Part shown: positions 35,099 to 45,544 of the stretch, piece by piece | Layout: every line of letters starts with the position of its first letter | Numbering within the stretch: position 1 is the first letter of the stretch | From: Clostridia bacterium | GTDB taxonomy: Bacteria; Bacillota; Clostridia; Oscillospirales; Acutalibacteraceae | Reading direction: 5' to 3' | DNA: 64,000 bases | Assembly: GCA_017451425.1 (NCBI GenBank) | Contig: JAFSPP010000011.1 | Span: 26,510 to 90,509 of the forward strand | The notes under the pieces: generated by a model | Database searches by the model: none | What the model was told of the DNA's origin: nothing | Seen by the model: only the letters and a program-made list of their open reading frames with translations | Position numbers and translations under genes: made by a program

Positions 35099-36322
35099 AT
35101 GAATAAAAATTCAATCAAAAAAGTCGTACTTGCATACTCCGGAGGACTTGATACCTCCATCATCATTCCCTGGCTGAAAGAGAACTACAACAATTGTGAG
35201 GTGGTTGCGGTCTCCGGTAATGTCGGACAGGCTGACGAACTCGAAGGACTTGAGGAGAAGGCATTAAAGACAGGTGCTTCCAAACTCTATGTTCTCGACC
35301 TGACAGATGACTATGCCGACAACTACATCGTACCTTGCCTTAAAGCAGGCGCGGAGTATGAGGGTTATCTTCTCGGCACCAGCACGGCGAGACCCTGCAT
35401 TGCCAAAGGTCTTGTAGACATTGCAATAAAGGAGAACGCGGACGCTATAGTTCACGGCTGCACGGGTAAGGGCAACGACCAGGTAAGATTTGAACTTTCA
35501 GTTAAGCATTTCGCACCCAAGATGCCCATCATCGCTCCCTGGCGTGAGTGGGACATAAAGTCAAGGGAAGAGGAGATAGAGTACGCTGAGGCGCACAATA
35601 TTCCCCTTAAGATAAACAGAGAGACAAACTACTCGAAGGACAAGAACCTCTGGCATCTCTCTCACGAGGGACTCGATCTTGAAGACCCCTCATGCGAGCC
35701 TCAGTACGAGAAGGAAGGCTTCCTCGAGATGGGTGTTTCACCGCTCAAGGCTCCCGATGAGCCCACATACATTGAGCTCGGCTTTGAGAAGGGCGTTCCC
35801 ATATCAATAGACGGCGAGAAAATGAGCGTCAAGGAGATTATCCTGAAACTCAACGAGCTCGGCGGCAAGAACGGTATAGGCCTCTTCGATGTAGTTGAGA
35901 ACAGACTCGTAGGCATGAAGTCCAGGGGCGTATATGAGACTCCGGGCGGAACAATCCTCTACAAGGCACACGAGATGCTCGAGACAATTACACTCGACAA
36001 GATGACCTGCCACGAGAAAAAGAAGATTGCCGTAACATACGGTGAGCTCGTCTACAACGGCCAGTGGTTCACACCGCTGAGAGAGGCTCTCGCGGCTTTC
36101 GTTGACAAGACACAGGAGACAGTTACCGGTACGGTTAAGCTCAAACTCTACAAGGGCAATATAATCCTTGCGGGTCTTGAGAGTCCCTACACACTTTATT
36201 CAGAAGATATGGCCACATTCGGTGAGAGTGACTACGACCACGCAGACGCTTCAGGTTTCATCAACCTCTACGGTCTGCCGATAAAGGTCCAGGCTCTCGC
36301 AAAGGAACAGCAGAATGGTTAA
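35099..36322 (+). CDS. argG: Argininosuccinate synthase
   Basis: Start chosen at ATG 35099 (RBS GAGG 9 nt upstream). [39 protein letters not shown] and [18 protein letters not shown]. Confidence 0.9.
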   Translation: MNKNSIKKVVLAYSGGLDTSIIIPWLKENYNNCEVVAVSGNVGQADELEGLEEKALKTGASKLYVLDLTDDYADNYIVPCLKAGAEYEGYLLGTSTARPCIAKGLVDIAIKENADAIVHGCTGKGNDQVRFELSVKHFAPKMPIIAPWREWDIKSREEEIEYAEAHNIPLKINRETNYSKDKNLWHLSHEGLDLEDPSCEPQYEKEGFLEMGVSPLKAPDEPTYIELGFEKGVPISIDGEKMSVKEIILKLNELGGKNGIGLFDVVENRLVGMKSRGVYETPGGTILYKAHEMLETITLDKMTCHEKKKIAVTYGELVYNGQWFTPLREALAAFVDKTQETVTGTVKLKLYKGNIILAGLESPYTLYSEDMATFGESDYDHADASGFINLYGLPIKVQALAKEQQNG

Positions 36323-37229
36323 AGTTTTTATAGACGGCAGCGCCGGTACTACCGGCCTTGTCGTGGAGGAGCGGCTTAAAAGCCGCGGGGGAATAGAACT
36401 CCTCAGTATTCCGGAGAACTTAAGGAAGGATGCCGCCGCGAAGGCAGAGGTCTTTGCCTCGGCGGACCTCGTCTTCCTCTGCCTTCCGGATGCGGCGGCA
36501 AAAGAGGCCGCTGCCCTGGTCCCCGGGAACACGACGATTATTGACACGTCGACGGCGCACCGCACCGACGACGTCTGGGTATACGGGTTCCCCGAACTTC
36601 CCGGGCAGCGCGAAAAGATAAGCGCATCAAAGCGTATCGCGAACCCCGGATGCCACGCGAGCGGCTTTATCGCCCTCGTCGCACCCCTCGTCAGGGCGGG
36701 GCTCATCTCAAATGACGCACAGCTTTCGAGTTTCTCGGTCACGGGCTACTCGGGCGGCGGCAAGAAGATGATAGCCGACTACGAGGACGGGGGCAGAAGC
36801 GAGCTGCTTGATTCTCCCATGCAGTATGCTCTTACACAGGAGCATAAGCACATCCCCGAGATGATGAAGGTCTGCGGACTTTCAAGTGCCCCGGTCTTCT
36901 GTCCGGTTGTCGGGGACTTCTACAGCGGTATGACAGTGACGGTACAGCTTTTCAAATCACAGATAAGCGGTACGGTCAGTGATATTGAAGATATTTACTC
37001 AAGCACCTACAAAAGCGGTGTGGTACATTTCGAAAAGTCGGACGAGAGCGGAATTTACGCCGGTTCTCACAGCGGACTTGACGACATGGCCGTGACGGTG
37101 AAGGGAAATGATGAGAGAATCCTTCTCATCTCATCCTTTGACAACCTCGGCAAGGGTGCCTGCGGCGCCGCAATCCAGAACATGAACCTGGCATTGGGTC
37201 TTGATGAGACGGAAGGTTTGATACTATGA
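36315..37229 (+). CDS. argC: N-acetyl-gamma-glutamyl-phosphate reductase (short, type 2 form)
   Basis: [12 protein letters not shown], the active-site context [10 protein letters not shown] and [16 protein letters not shown]. Confidence 0.9.
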   Translation: MVKVFIDGSAGTTGLVVEERLKSRGGIELLSIPENLRKDAAAKAEVFASADLVFLCLPDAAAKEAAALVPGNTTIIDTSTAHRTDDVWVYGFPELPGQREKISASKRIANPGCHASGFIALVAPLVRAGLISNDAQLSSFSVTGYSGGGKKMIADYEDGGRSELLDSPMQYALTQEHKHIPEMMKVCGLSSAPVFCPVVGDFYSGMTVTVQLFKSQISGTVSDIEDIYSSTYKSGVVHFEKSDESGIYAGSHSGLDDMAVTVKGNDERILLISSFDNLGKGACGAAIQNMNLALGLDETEGLIL

Positions 37230-38440
37230 AAGAAATAAACGGCGGAATATGCGCCGCAAAGGGCTTTAAGGCCGCGGGCGCGCACTGCGGAATCAGAAAG
37301 AATCCCGGAAAGAAGGATCTCTCGCTGATAGTCAGTGAGGTTCCCTGCACGGCAGCGGCAGTCTATACGACAAACCTTGTGAAAGGCGCGCCGATCATCG
37401 TCGATAAGGAGCACCTGAAAAACGGTGTGGCTCAGGCGATAATCTGCAACAGCGGTATAGCAAACACCTGCAACGCAAACGGCGTTGAAGTGGCAAATGC
37501 CATGGCGGATCTCGTTGAGAAGTACGCCGGAATAAAGGCGGACGATGTTGTTGTTGCCTCGACCGGTGTAATAGGCGAGCCCTTAAACCTTGAGCCCATA
37601 GAGGCCGGACTTCCCGGACTCGTAAAGGCTCTCTCGGAGGACGGAAGCCTTGATGCCTGCCACGGCATAATGACGACCGACACAGTGGAAAAGCAGGTCG
37701 CTGTCGAATTTGAAATCGGCGGAGTGCCGTGCCGTATAGGTGGCATTGCAAAGGGCAGCGGCATGATCCACCCGAATATGGCGACAATGCTCGTCTTCAT
37801 AACTTCAGACGTGAAGATAAGCTCCGCAATGCTGCAGAAAGCGCTCTCTGCCGACATAAAGAACACTTTCAACATGCTCAGTGTCGACGGCGACACCTCC
37901 ACCAATGACACGGTGGCGGTCCTTGCAAACGGTCTTGCGGGCAACGCGGAGATTACCGAAGACGGCGAGGACTTCGCAGAGTTCATGAAGGCACTGAACT
38001 CGGTCAATGTAGCTCTCTCCAGAAAGATTGCCGCAGACGGCGAAGGCGCCACGAAACTTCTGGAGTGCAAGGTTTCTGGCGCGGCTTCGGAGGAGATTGC
38101 AAAAGTCTCCGCAAAGAGCGTCATCACCTCAAGCCTCGTAAAATCGGCTTTCTTCGGTGAGGACGCAAACTGGGGCAGGGTCCTCTGCGCGCTCGGTTAC
38201 AGCGGCGCTGACCTCGACCCTGACACAATCGACCTCACATTCTCATCGGCTGCGGGCAGCGTTTTGGTCTGCAAGAACGGAGCAGGTGTGGAGTTCTCCG
38301 AGGAACTCGCGGCAAAGGTCCTGCACGAGGATGAGATTTTAATAGACGTCAGCGTGGGCGACGGACCCTTTACGGCTACGGCCTGGGGCTGCGACCTCAC
38401 CTATGAATATGTAAAGATTAACGGGGAGTACAGAACCTGA
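37226..38440 (+). CDS. argJ: Bifunctional ornithine acetyltransferase / N-acetylglutamate synthase
   Basis: AKGFKAAGAHCGI, the autoprocessing site GMIHPNMATMLVFITSD, DGDTSTNDT and EDANWGR. Confidence 0.9.
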   Translation: MKEINGGICAAKGFKAAGAHCGIRKNPGKKDLSLIVSEVPCTAAAVYTTNLVKGAPIIVDKEHLKNGVAQAIICNSGIANTCNANGVEVANAMADLVEKYAGIKADDVVVASTGVIGEPLNLEPIEAGLPGLVKALSEDGSLDACHGIMTTDTVEKQVAVEFEIGGVPCRIGGIAKGSGMIHPNMATMLVFITSDVKISSAMLQKALSADIKNTFNMLSVDGDTSTNDTVAVLANGLAGNAEITEDGEDFAEFMKALNSVNVALSRKIAADGEGATKLLECKVSGAASEEIAKVSAKSVITSSLVKSAFFGEDANWGRVLCALGYSGADLDPDTIDLTFSSAAGSVLVCKNGAGVEFSEELAAKVLHEDEILIDVSVGDGPFTATAWGCDLTYEYVKINGEYRT

Positions 38441-39309
38441 TGACTACTGATTTTTCAAACGCCGAGAGGGCAAGGGTCCTTGTAGAGGCACTACCTTACA
38501 TCGATAAATACAGGGGACAGTGTGTCGTTATCAAATACGGCGGCAACGCCATGATAAACGAGGAACTCCGTTCCCAGGTCATGGAGGACATAGTCCTGCT
38601 CCACATGATCGGAGTAAAAGTCGTTCTCGTGCACGGCGGAGGTCCCAAGATTTCCGAGATGATGGACAAACTCGGCAAGAAACCCGAGTTTGTGGACGGC
38701 CTCCGCGTCACCGACAAGGAGACCATGGAGATAGTCCAGATGGTCCTCTCGGGAAAGATCAACAAGACTCTCGTAAACTTACTCGAGTCAAAGGGCGGCA
38801 ACGCGGTCGGACTCTCCGGCCTTGACGGCAGACTGATCGAGTGCAGCATGAAGGACGAGAAGCTCGGCTTCGTCGGCGAGGTTGAAAAGATCAATATAGA
38901 ACCCGTGACTGACCTCCTTGAAAAGGGATATATTCCCGTCATCTCAACCATCGGCTGCGATGAGGAGGGCAATGTCTACAACATAAACGGAGACACCGCA
39001 GTCGCTTATATCGCAGGCGTTTTGGAGGCCAAGCGTCTCATAATGCTCACCGACATAGCCGGTGTCCTGAAGGACAAGAACGACCCCTCAACACTCATCC
39101 CGGAACTCACAATAGAGGAGGCCGGAAAACTCTTTGAGGAGAATGTCATTGCCGGCGGAATGATTCCGAAGGTGGACTGCTGTATCACCGCACTCTGCAA
39201 GGGTGTTCAGAAGGCCATCATAATGGACGGACGCGTTCCTCACTCACTCCTTATGGAACTTCTGACCGATGAGGGCGCAGGTACAATGTTTGTGAAAACA
39301 GAGAAATGA
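38440..39309 (+). CDS. argB: Acetylglutamate kinase
   Basis: VIKYGGNAM, VLVHGGGP, GLRVTD and NINGDTAV. Confidence 0.9.
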   Translation: MTTDFSNAERARVLVEALPYIDKYRGQCVVIKYGGNAMINEELRSQVMEDIVLLHMIGVKVVLVHGGGPKISEMMDKLGKKPEFVDGLRVTDKETMEIVQMVLSGKINKTLVNLLESKGGNAVGLSGLDGRLIECSMKDEKLGFVGEVEKINIEPVTDLLEKGYIPVISTIGCDEEGNVYNINGDTAVAYIAGVLEAKRLIMLTDIAGVLKDKNDPSTLIPELTIEEAGKLFEENVIAGGMIPKVDCCITALCKGVQKAIIMDGRVPHSLLMELLTDEGAGTMFVKTEK

Positions 39310-40478
39310 TTATGGGAAACATTAAAGAACTCGATAAACAATACATCGCCGGTACCTACAGCAGGTTCCCGATTGTTATAACACACGGCAAGGGATCATT
39401 GCTTTACGATGAGGACGGTAAGGAATACATCGACCTCGGTAGCGGTATAGCCGTAAACTCATTCGGCGCATGTGACGACGAGTGGAAGGCAGCCGTAACC
39501 GAACAGCTGCGGAAAATCCAGCATACCTCAAACCTCTATTACACGGAGCCCTGCGTGAAGGTGGCCGAAATGCTCTCGAAGATGAGCGGCATGAAGAAGG
39601 CCTTCTTCTGCAACTCGGGTGCTGAGGCAAACGAGGGTGCAATCAAGGCGGCAAGGCGTTATGCCGAAAAGAAAAAGGGCGCGAACTACTACAACATAAT
39701 CACTCTTGAAAACAGTTTCCACGGCAGAACGCTCACAACCCTTGCCGCTACGGGCCAGCCTGTGTTCCACGAGCATTTCGGCCCGCTCACTCCGGGCTTC
39801 GTGAATATGCCCGTAAACGACATAGAGACTCTTCTTGTCACTGTAAGTGAGAAGAAGACCGCAGCAATAATGATAGAATGTGTCCAGGGTGAGGGCGGTG
39901 TCAATCCGCTTGACCGTGACTTCGTAAATGAGATTGCCAAAATCTGCAAGGAGAAGGACATACTTCTCATAGTTGACGAGGTCCAGACAGGCCTCTGCAG
40001 AAGCGGTGAGTACTTCGCTTACCAGTCCTACGGCATAACACCCGACATAGTCACTGTTGCCAAGGGCCTCGGCGGAGGACTTCCGATAGGCGCAGTCCTT
40101 CTCGGCGAGAAGGTACAGGATGTACTTGAGCCCGGAGAGCACGGTTCCACCTTCGGCGGAAACCTCATCTCATGCGCGGGCGCAATCAGCGTCCTCAGCC
40201 GTATGGATGAGAACTTACTCGCTGATGTTAAGAAGAAGAGCGAGTACATAAAGAACAGACTTGAAGAAGCAGAGGGCGTGGAGTTCGTCGGAGGACTCGG
40301 TCTGATGCTCGGCATAAAGACGAAGAAACCCGCGAAAGATGTTGTGTCAAAGGCAATGGAGAACGGCGTTCTCTGCCTCACCGCAAAGGATAAGGTAAGG
40401 CTTCTGCCCGCGCTCAACATTCCGCAGGACCTGCTTGAGAAAGCAATGGACGTTCTGATTGATGCCTGCAAGGAGTAA
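39306..40478 (+). CDS. argD: Acetylornithine aminotransferase (class III PLP aminotransferase)
   Basis: FFCNSGAEANEGAIK, LLIVDEVQTGLCRSG, the PLP-Lys context DIVTVAKGLGGG and HGSTFGGN. Confidence 0.85.
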   Translation: MIMGNIKELDKQYIAGTYSRFPIVITHGKGSLLYDEDGKEYIDLGSGIAVNSFGACDDEWKAAVTEQLRKIQHTSNLYYTEPCVKVAEMLSKMSGMKKAFFCNSGAEANEGAIKAARRYAEKKKGANYYNIITLENSFHGRTLTTLAATGQPVFHEHFGPLTPGFVNMPVNDIETLLVTVSEKKTAAIMIECVQGEGGVNPLDRDFVNEIAKICKEKDILLIVDEVQTGLCRSGEYFAYQSYGITPDIVTVAKGLGGGLPIGAVLLGEKVQDVLEPGEHGSTFGGNLISCAGAISVLSRMDENLLADVKKKSEYIKNRLEEAEGVEFVGGLGLMLGIKTKKPAKDVVSKAMENGVLCLTAKDKVRLLPALNIPQDLLEKAMDVLIDACKE

Positions 40479-40481
40479 GAG

Positions 40482-41483
40482 ATGACTTTTAAAGACAGAG
40501 ATTTTTTAAAACTTCTCGATTTCACATCTGAAGAGATAGACGCTCTGCTGGACCTCGCCGCGAAGCTTAAGGCTGAGAAGAAGGCGGGAATTCCCCACAG
40601 ACTCTGTGAGGGTAAGAACATCGCTCTCATCTTTGAGAAGAACAGCACGCGCACGCGCTGCAGTTTTGAGGTAGCGGCAGCGGACCTCGGCATGCATCCG
40701 GTGTTCCTTGATCCTTCAGCCTCGCAGATTGGCAGGAAGGAGAGCATAGCCGATACCGCAAGAGTGCTTTCGAGAATGTTTGACGGTATTGAATACCGGG
40801 GATTTGAGCAGGAGAGAGTGGAGACACTCGCGAAGTTTGCTGATGTTCCCGTCTGGAACGGTCTTACAAACGAGTATCACCCCACACAGATCCTCGCGGA
40901 TTTCCTCGCGATAAAGGAGCATTTCGGAGAACTCAGGGGCAAGAAACTCGTCTATTTCGGCGATGCCCGCTACAACATGGGCAACTCACTCATGGTGGGC
41001 TGTGCCAAGATGGGCATGCATTTTGTGGCCTGTGCGCCTGCCGAGTATTTCCCGAATAAGGAACTGACAGAGGAGTGCAAAAAGATCGCCGCGCAGACAG
41101 GCGCGACGATAGAGTTTGAAACTGACCCGAATAAGGCGGCAGTCGCCGCAGACGTCTTCTACACTGACGTCTGGGTTTCGATGGGTGAGCCGGAAGGCGT
41201 ATGGGAGAAGCGTATAAATGACCTGCTCCCGTACCGCGTGACGGCAGAGCTCGTCGCGCTGGCGGGACCGCAGGTACGCTTCATGCACTGCCTTCCGGCC
41301 TTCCACGACCTTGAGACCGAGGTCGGCCTCAAAATTCACGAGAAGTTCGGCCTTGACTGCATGGAGGTTGAGGATGCGGTTTTTGAAGGACCGCAGTCAA
41401 TCGTCTTCGACGAGGCCGAAAACCGCATGCATACAATTAAGGCGGTCATGGCCGCAACACTTTCAGGCTGTATTGATAAATAA
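40482..41483 (+). CDS. argF: Ornithine carbamoyltransferase
   Basis: [15 protein letters not shown] (carbamoyl-P site), [16 protein letters not shown] and FMHCLPAF. Confidence 0.9.
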   Translation: MTFKDRDFLKLLDFTSEEIDALLDLAAKLKAEKKAGIPHRLCEGKNIALIFEKNSTRTRCSFEVAAADLGMHPVFLDPSASQIGRKESIADTARVLSRMFDGIEYRGFEQERVETLAKFADVPVWNGLTNEYHPTQILADFLAIKEHFGELRGKKLVYFGDARYNMGNSLMVGCAKMGMHFVACAPAEYFPNKELTEECKKIAAQTGATIEFETDPNKAAVAADVFYTDVWVSMGEPEGVWEKRINDLLPYRVTAELVALAGPQVRFMHCLPAFHDLETEVGLKIHEKFGLDCMEVEDAVFEGPQSIVFDEAENRMHTIKAVMAATLSGCIDK

Positions 41484-41491
41484 AAAAAAAG

Positions 41492-41519
41492 AACGGACCC
41501 GAAACCGGGTCCGTTTTAT
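41492..41519. terminator. Bidirectional Rho-independent terminator shared by argF (+) and padR (-)
   Basis: AACGGACCCG (41492-41501) pairs with CGGGTCCGTT (41506-41515). It is flanked by an A9 run upstream and a T-rich run downstream. Confidence 0.7.
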
Positions 41520-42062
41520 TTATTCGAATATTTTAATGCAGCGCTCAAGCCAGGCGACGTATGACTCCTCTCTGAGCACCGCTCCGTCGAGGACCATATA
41601 GTCGCCGAGTTCGCGCGTGCCTTTCTTCGGGGGAGTATCATTGAACACCCTGGTTTTAATTTCAGCCAGGAAGTCGCGCTTCTCCATATGCTGAACGCAC
41701 TGGCTTTTAAGGAGCTTTAAGAACTCTTCATCCGTAAGGCTCTCAGAGTAGAAGGTGCGAAGGCGGAAGATATCCTTGTGAGTTCGCTCTATTGCCACAT
41801 CATCTTTAAGCCAGTCAAGAAATTCCTTTCTTCCGGCAGGGGTGATGGTATAGAGTTTTTTCTCCATTTTCTCACCGCGGATATCAGTGTCAAAATCGAG
41901 CATACCTTCCTCGACAAGCTTTTTGAGCTCAGGGTAGATCTGGCTGTGCTCCGCATGCCAGAAGCTGGTGAGAGCTCTGTCTTCGAAGGCTTTCTTAATG
42001 TCGTATCCCGTCATGGGTTCTCTGTTGACGAGGCCTAAAATAGCGTATTTTAAGTTTCTCAT
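41520..42062 (-). CDS. PadR-family transcriptional regulator
   Basis: Start chosen at 42062 (RBS AAGGAGAG). The N-terminus MRNLKYAILGLVNREPMTGYDIKKAFE...FWHAEHSQIYPELKKLVEEGML is the canonical PadR winged-helix. Confidence 0.8.
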   Translation of the reverse strand: MRNLKYAILGLVNREPMTGYDIKKAFEDRALTSFWHAEHSQIYPELKKLVEEGMLDFDTDIRGEKMEKKLYTITPAGRKEFLDWLKDDVAIERTHKDIFRLRTFYSESLTDEEFLKLLKSQCVQHMEKRDFLAEIKTRVFNDTPPKKGTRELGDYMVLDGAVLREESYVAWLERCIKIFE

Positions 42063-42139
42063 GGCGCTCTCCTTTGTCTGTTCGCATAGATTATAACTTA
42101 AATATCCATCCGCCTCAACTGTCAAAACCGACAAAACGA

Positions 42140-42159
42140 ATATGTAAATATTTACATAT
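42140..42159. promoter_or_regulatory. Perfect 20-bp palindrome, putative PadR operator (ATGT-N8-ACAT)
   Basis: ATATGTAAAT|ATTTACATAT is exactly self-complementary. It contains ATGT (42142-42145), 8 nt, then ACAT (42154-42157), the dyad described for PadR-family operators. It lies in the divergent intergenic region. Confidence 0.6.
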
Positions 42160-42227
42160 TTGTCAATGGATTTTTGAATCACGGCAGGCTAATATAGTAT
42201 TGTGAGATTTTATATCGGAGGGATAAT

Positions 42228-42653
42228 ATGAGCGTTTTCAAGCATCCTGTTCATTTGCCCGAACCGTCTTTTACGGAACTTTACAAAGGTTTCGTTGAGT
42301 TTGATGCGGACATTGAACGCATGGAAATCAAACCCGGCAGCCACAGAGCTTTCAAAGTTACCGGAGGCTGTGTAACCGGAAAAGTAAATGCAGATATAGT
42401 ACCTGTTGTGTCAACTTTGTGGAAGTTTGTTGACGCATCAGGTGCTTTGCGTTTTGAGAGCAAGTTTGTGGCAAAACCGGGAAAACTTGTCACAATCTCG
42501 TGCGATGTATACGGCAGCAATAAAGATATGTTTCATATACTTTATGATACCGGCTGGCCGAAATATACATGGCTCGCTCATACGATTACATTTATAAAAG
42601 TTGACAGGGTTGAGGGTAACAGAGTTTCCTTCACCTGCCTGCAGGTTGACTGA
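42228..42653 (+). CDS. Small beta-rich protein, DUF3237-like (weak)
   Basis: 141 aa with RBS GGAGGG. The pattern VTGGCVTGKVNADIVPV...DASGALRFESKF...GKLVTISCDVYG loosely follows the DUF3237 layout and the neighbouring paralog. Confidence 0.35.
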   Translation: MSVFKHPVHLPEPSFTELYKGFVEFDADIERMEIKPGSHRAFKVTGGCVTGKVNADIVPVVSTLWKFVDASGALRFESKFVAKPGKLVTISCDVYGSNKDMFHILYDTGWPKYTWLAHTITFIKVDRVEGNRVSFTCLQVD

Positions 42654-42665
42654 GGAGGTGCGCAT

Positions 42666-43154
42666 ATGAAAACAAAGTTTCTTTATTACACTGAGTGCGC
42701 ATGCCCCATGGCCATTCATCCGGTCGGTCTCAAAGGCCTCGGTGTGCAGGTCGTAATCCCCATTGAGGACGGACCCGTTGAGGGCGATGTAATAAACGGC
42801 TGCATCAAGCCGCTCGGAGCTGACTGGAATACCATTCATCTGCTGGGAATTACATCGGACGTTCTCGCGAAATACCAGATACATACTGATGACGGTGCCG
42901 TAATCGATCTCTTCACAAACGGCAGGATGAAAGTGAAGTGGAAGGACGTTCCAAAAAACATAATCACCCTGAAACATCATCTTTCCGACTATCTCTATTT
43001 CAGGGAGTTCCTTTACTTCCATACCGATGACGAGCGTTACAAGTGGCTTGAAACCACACCGTGCTTCGCGATAATATCAATGAAATTTACGCTTAAGAAC
43101 AGAGTACCTTATTTCCTTATTTCTTACAAGGCTTATGCCATAGAGGAGGATTGA
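42666..43154 (+). CDS. DUF3237-family protein
   Basis: 162 aa with RBS GAGGAGG. PIEDGPVEGDVINGCIKPLGADWNTI...AKYQIHTDDGAVIDLFTNG matches the recalled DUF3237 signature (GG-x-f-x-G...G-x-v-x-p-GGADW...Y-x-l-x-TDDGa-I). Confidence 0.5.
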   Translation: MKTKFLYYTECACPMAIHPVGLKGLGVQVVIPIEDGPVEGDVINGCIKPLGADWNTIHLLGITSDVLAKYQIHTDDGAVIDLFTNGRMKVKWKDVPKNIITLKHHLSDYLYFREFLYFHTDDERYKWLETTPCFAIISMKFTLKNRVPYFLISYKAYAIEED

Positions 43155-43155
43155 C

Positions 43156-43923
43156 ATGGATTATAAGATCAGACCTTTTACCACAAAGAGCGAAGAGGGC
43201 AACACAATAAGAGGAATTATTGTATCGCCCAAGAACTTTACGGGAAAACTTCCCGCCATTGTCATGTCACATGAGTTCTGCGCGAACATGTGGACAACTT
43301 TCAGATACGCCAGAAAAGTCGTAAATGACGGCTATGTATGCTTCTGCTACGACTTTACCCGCTCCGGTTCCGGTATCTCCGGCGGCAGCTCAATCGGCAT
43401 GAGTGCCGTCCAGGAGTCCAGAGATGTAATCTCCGTTCTGCGCTATGCTCAGTCCTGCGACTTCGTCGACAAGGATGATATCACACTCTGGGGCTGTTCA
43501 CAGGGCGGTATGGCAACTGCACTTGCCGCTCCTGAAGTCGAAGACGAGATTAAGAGAATAATACTTTACTATCCGGCATTGTCCATCTGTGATGACGCCA
43601 GAAAAGGTTCAATGATAACCGCGCGTTTTGACCCTCAGAATCCGCCCGAGAAATTCTGGTGCGCAATCGTTCATGTAGCAAGCAATTACTGTACTGACGT
43701 AATTGACCTTGACCCGTATGAGCAGATCTGTAAGTTTAAAAAGCCGGTACTTTTAATCCACGGCACGAAGGACCATATCGTAAATGTATCCTATTCAAGA
43801 GAAGCTGCGGAGAAATACCCGTGCTGCGAGTATCACGAATTCCCGGCTGAGCATGTCTGGGTAGGCGGCGGTGCCAAGAAGGCAGTCGCATTCACACGTG
43901 ATTTTCTGAGAAATAATAAGTGA
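43156..43923 (+). CDS. Alpha/beta hydrolase, cinnamoyl/feruloyl-esterase-like
   Basis: Nucleophile elbow GCSQGG, the later HGTKDHIV segment and a C-terminal His context. The overall order resembles the Lactobacillus/Butyrivibrio cinnamoyl esterase family as I recall it. Paralog of 50188-50952. Confidence 0.6.
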   Translation: MDYKIRPFTTKSEEGNTIRGIIVSPKNFTGKLPAIVMSHEFCANMWTTFRYARKVVNDGYVCFCYDFTRSGSGISGGSSIGMSAVQESRDVISVLRYAQSCDFVDKDDITLWGCSQGGMATALAAPEVEDEIKRIILYYPALSICDDARKGSMITARFDPQNPPEKFWCAIVHVASNYCTDVIDLDPYEQICKFKKPVLLIHGTKDHIVNVSYSREAAEKYPCCEYHEFPAEHVWVGGGAKKAVAFTRDFLRNNK

Positions 43924-43930
43924 GGTAATT

Positions 43931-45544
43931 ATGGCAAAATTCGTAACGGCGGCTCAGGCTGCTGAACTTATTGAAGACTGCGCGACTCTCGCCGTCGCCG
44001 GAATGGGACTTTCCGGCTGGGCGGAGGAGATAGCCTGCGCCATCCGTGACCGGTATAAAGAGACCGGTCATCCGAAAGGTATCAACTTGAAGCAGGCCTC
44101 GGCTCTCGGCGACTGGGGTCACGGCAACAAGTTCGTGGGCTGGGATCGCGTAAAACGCGACGAGCCCGATACCGAGCACGGCGCGCGTGGTGCGACACGC
44201 CTCGGCGAGGCCGGACCCGGCCTCGTCACCAAATGGACCAGCGCGCATATCGGCTCGGCCTTCTCGCTCTGCGACCAGGCACGTGCCGAGCAGCTCGAGA
44301 GCTACTGCCTGCCGCAGGGAGTAATAGTCAACCTGTGGCGGGAGATAGCGGCAGGCCGTCCCGGTCTTATAACAAAGACCGGACTCGGCACATTTGTCGA
44401 CCCCCGCGTAGAGGGCGGCCGTATGAATGCGTCCGCAAAGGACGAAATAGTCAAGGTTGTTGAATTCGGAGGAGAGGAGTATCTCTACTATCCCGGATTT
44501 TCAATAGATGTTGCAATACTTCGCGGCACTATAGCCGATGAGAACGGTAATATCTCTTTCGCTCACGAGTCCGTAATCAATGAGGGACTTGCGGTTGCTG
44601 AAGCCACAAAGAACACAGGCGGTATCGTCATTGTTCAGGTCGAATACATCGCAAAGAAAGAGACATTGAATCCCAAGGAAGTAAAGATTCCGGGCGTACT
44701 TGTCGACTATGTCGTAAAAGCGAACGATCCCATGTCATGTTGGCAGGCAGAAGGCGACTACTGGCAGCCTTCCTACTCCGGCCAGATTAAAATTCCCCTC
44801 GGTGAGATCAAACCGATTCCTTTCGACGAGAGAAAAGTAATCTGCCGTCGCTGCGCCATGGAGCTTAAAGCCGGCAATCTCATAAACCTCGGAGTGGGAA
44901 TGCCTGCCGACATATCGAAAGTTGTCGCTGAAGAAGGACAGCTTGAGAAAGTCACAATGAGTACCGAGTCAGGTATGGTGGGCGGTGTGCCTTCGGCTCT
45001 GCCGAGCTTCGGAAGCGCATACAACCCGGAAGCCATAATGACTCCGAATGACATGTTTGACCTCATTTCCGGAGGCGGCCTTGACGTCACCTGCCTCGGA
45101 ATAGGAGAGGTCGATAGGGACGGAAACAACAATGTCTCCCGCATGGGCAAGCGTCTTACCGGCCCCGGCGGATTTATAGACATAACATCTTCAACGAAAA
45201 AGGTTATCTTTGCCGGAACATTCACCGGTCACGCTGAGTATGAAATAGGCGACGGCAGGATAAAGATCACAAAGGAAGGCGACATTAAGAAGTTTGTAAA
45301 TACTGTCGGACAGATTACTTTTGCCGGTCAGTACTCTCCTGATACCCAGGAGGTCTTCTATGTGACCGAGAGAGCCGTTTTCAAGCTCATAGACAAGAAG
45401 ATGACCCTTATAGAGATTGCGCCCGGTATAGACCTCGAGAAGGACATTCTGGCGCAGATGGATTTTGAACCTGCAATCGCTTCTGATTTAAAGGAGATGG
45501 ATCCTGCAATATTCCGTGAAACCTGGGGAGGACTCACATTATGA
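43931..45544 (+). CDS. Family I acyl-CoA:carboxylate CoA-transferase, fused alpha-beta (Pct/YdiF-like)
   Basis: 537 aa and collinear with propionate CoA-transferase-type enzymes: ...ETGHPKGI..., GLGTFVDPR, YYPGF..DVAILRGT.ADENGN, and the catalytic Glu context MSTESGMVGG. Confidence 0.8.
   Translation: MAKFVTAAQAAELIEDCATLAVAGMGLSGWAEEIACAIRDRYKETGHPKGINLKQASALGDWGHGNKFVGWDRVKRDEPDTEHGARGATRLGEAGPGLVTKWTSAHIGSAFSLCDQARAEQLESYCLPQGVIVNLWREIAAGRPGLITKTGLGTFVDPRVEGGRMNASAKDEIVKVVEFGGEEYLYYPGFSIDVAILRGTIADENGNISFAHESVINEGLAVAEATKNTGGIVIVQVEYIAKKETLNPKEVKIPGVLVDYVVKANDPMSCWQAEGDYWQPSYSGQIKIPLGEIKPIPFDERKVICRRCAMELKAGNLINLGVGMPADISKVVAEEGQLEKVTMSTESGMVGGVPSALPSFGSAYNPEAIMTPNDMFDLISGGGLDVTCLGIGEVDRDGNNNVSRMGKRLTGPGGFIDITSSTKKVIFAGTFTGHAEYEIGDGRIKITKEGDIKKFVNTVGQITFAGQYSPDTQEVFYVTERAVFKLIDKKMTLIEIAPGIDLEKDILAQMDFEPAIASDLKEMDPAIFRETWGGLTL

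Noticed and set aside
37432-40747. Several long antisense ORFs across argJ, argB, argD and argF (for example 37432-38127, 38496-38972, 39528-40142 and 40028-40747, up to 239 aa).
   Set aside because: They lie opposite genes with unambiguous conserved motifs. Their products are low-complexity (Ser/Pro/Arg/Ala-rich), as expected from the reverse complement of GC3-rich coding sequence. They have no RBS or promoter context.
42063-42182. A 40-codon N-terminal extension of the PadR gene on the minus strand.
   Set aside because: It would run through the palindromic operator. The PadR winged-helix begins right at MRNLKY (start 42062), which is preceded by AAGGAGAG.
42438-43022. A 194-aa minus-strand ORF overlapping both DUF3237-like genes.
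   Set aside because: Both plus-strand ORFs have strong RBSs (GGAGGG and GAGGAGG), sit in an operon context and show DUF3237-like motifs (GADW, TDDGA). The antisense ORF has no start context and would collide with the operon.
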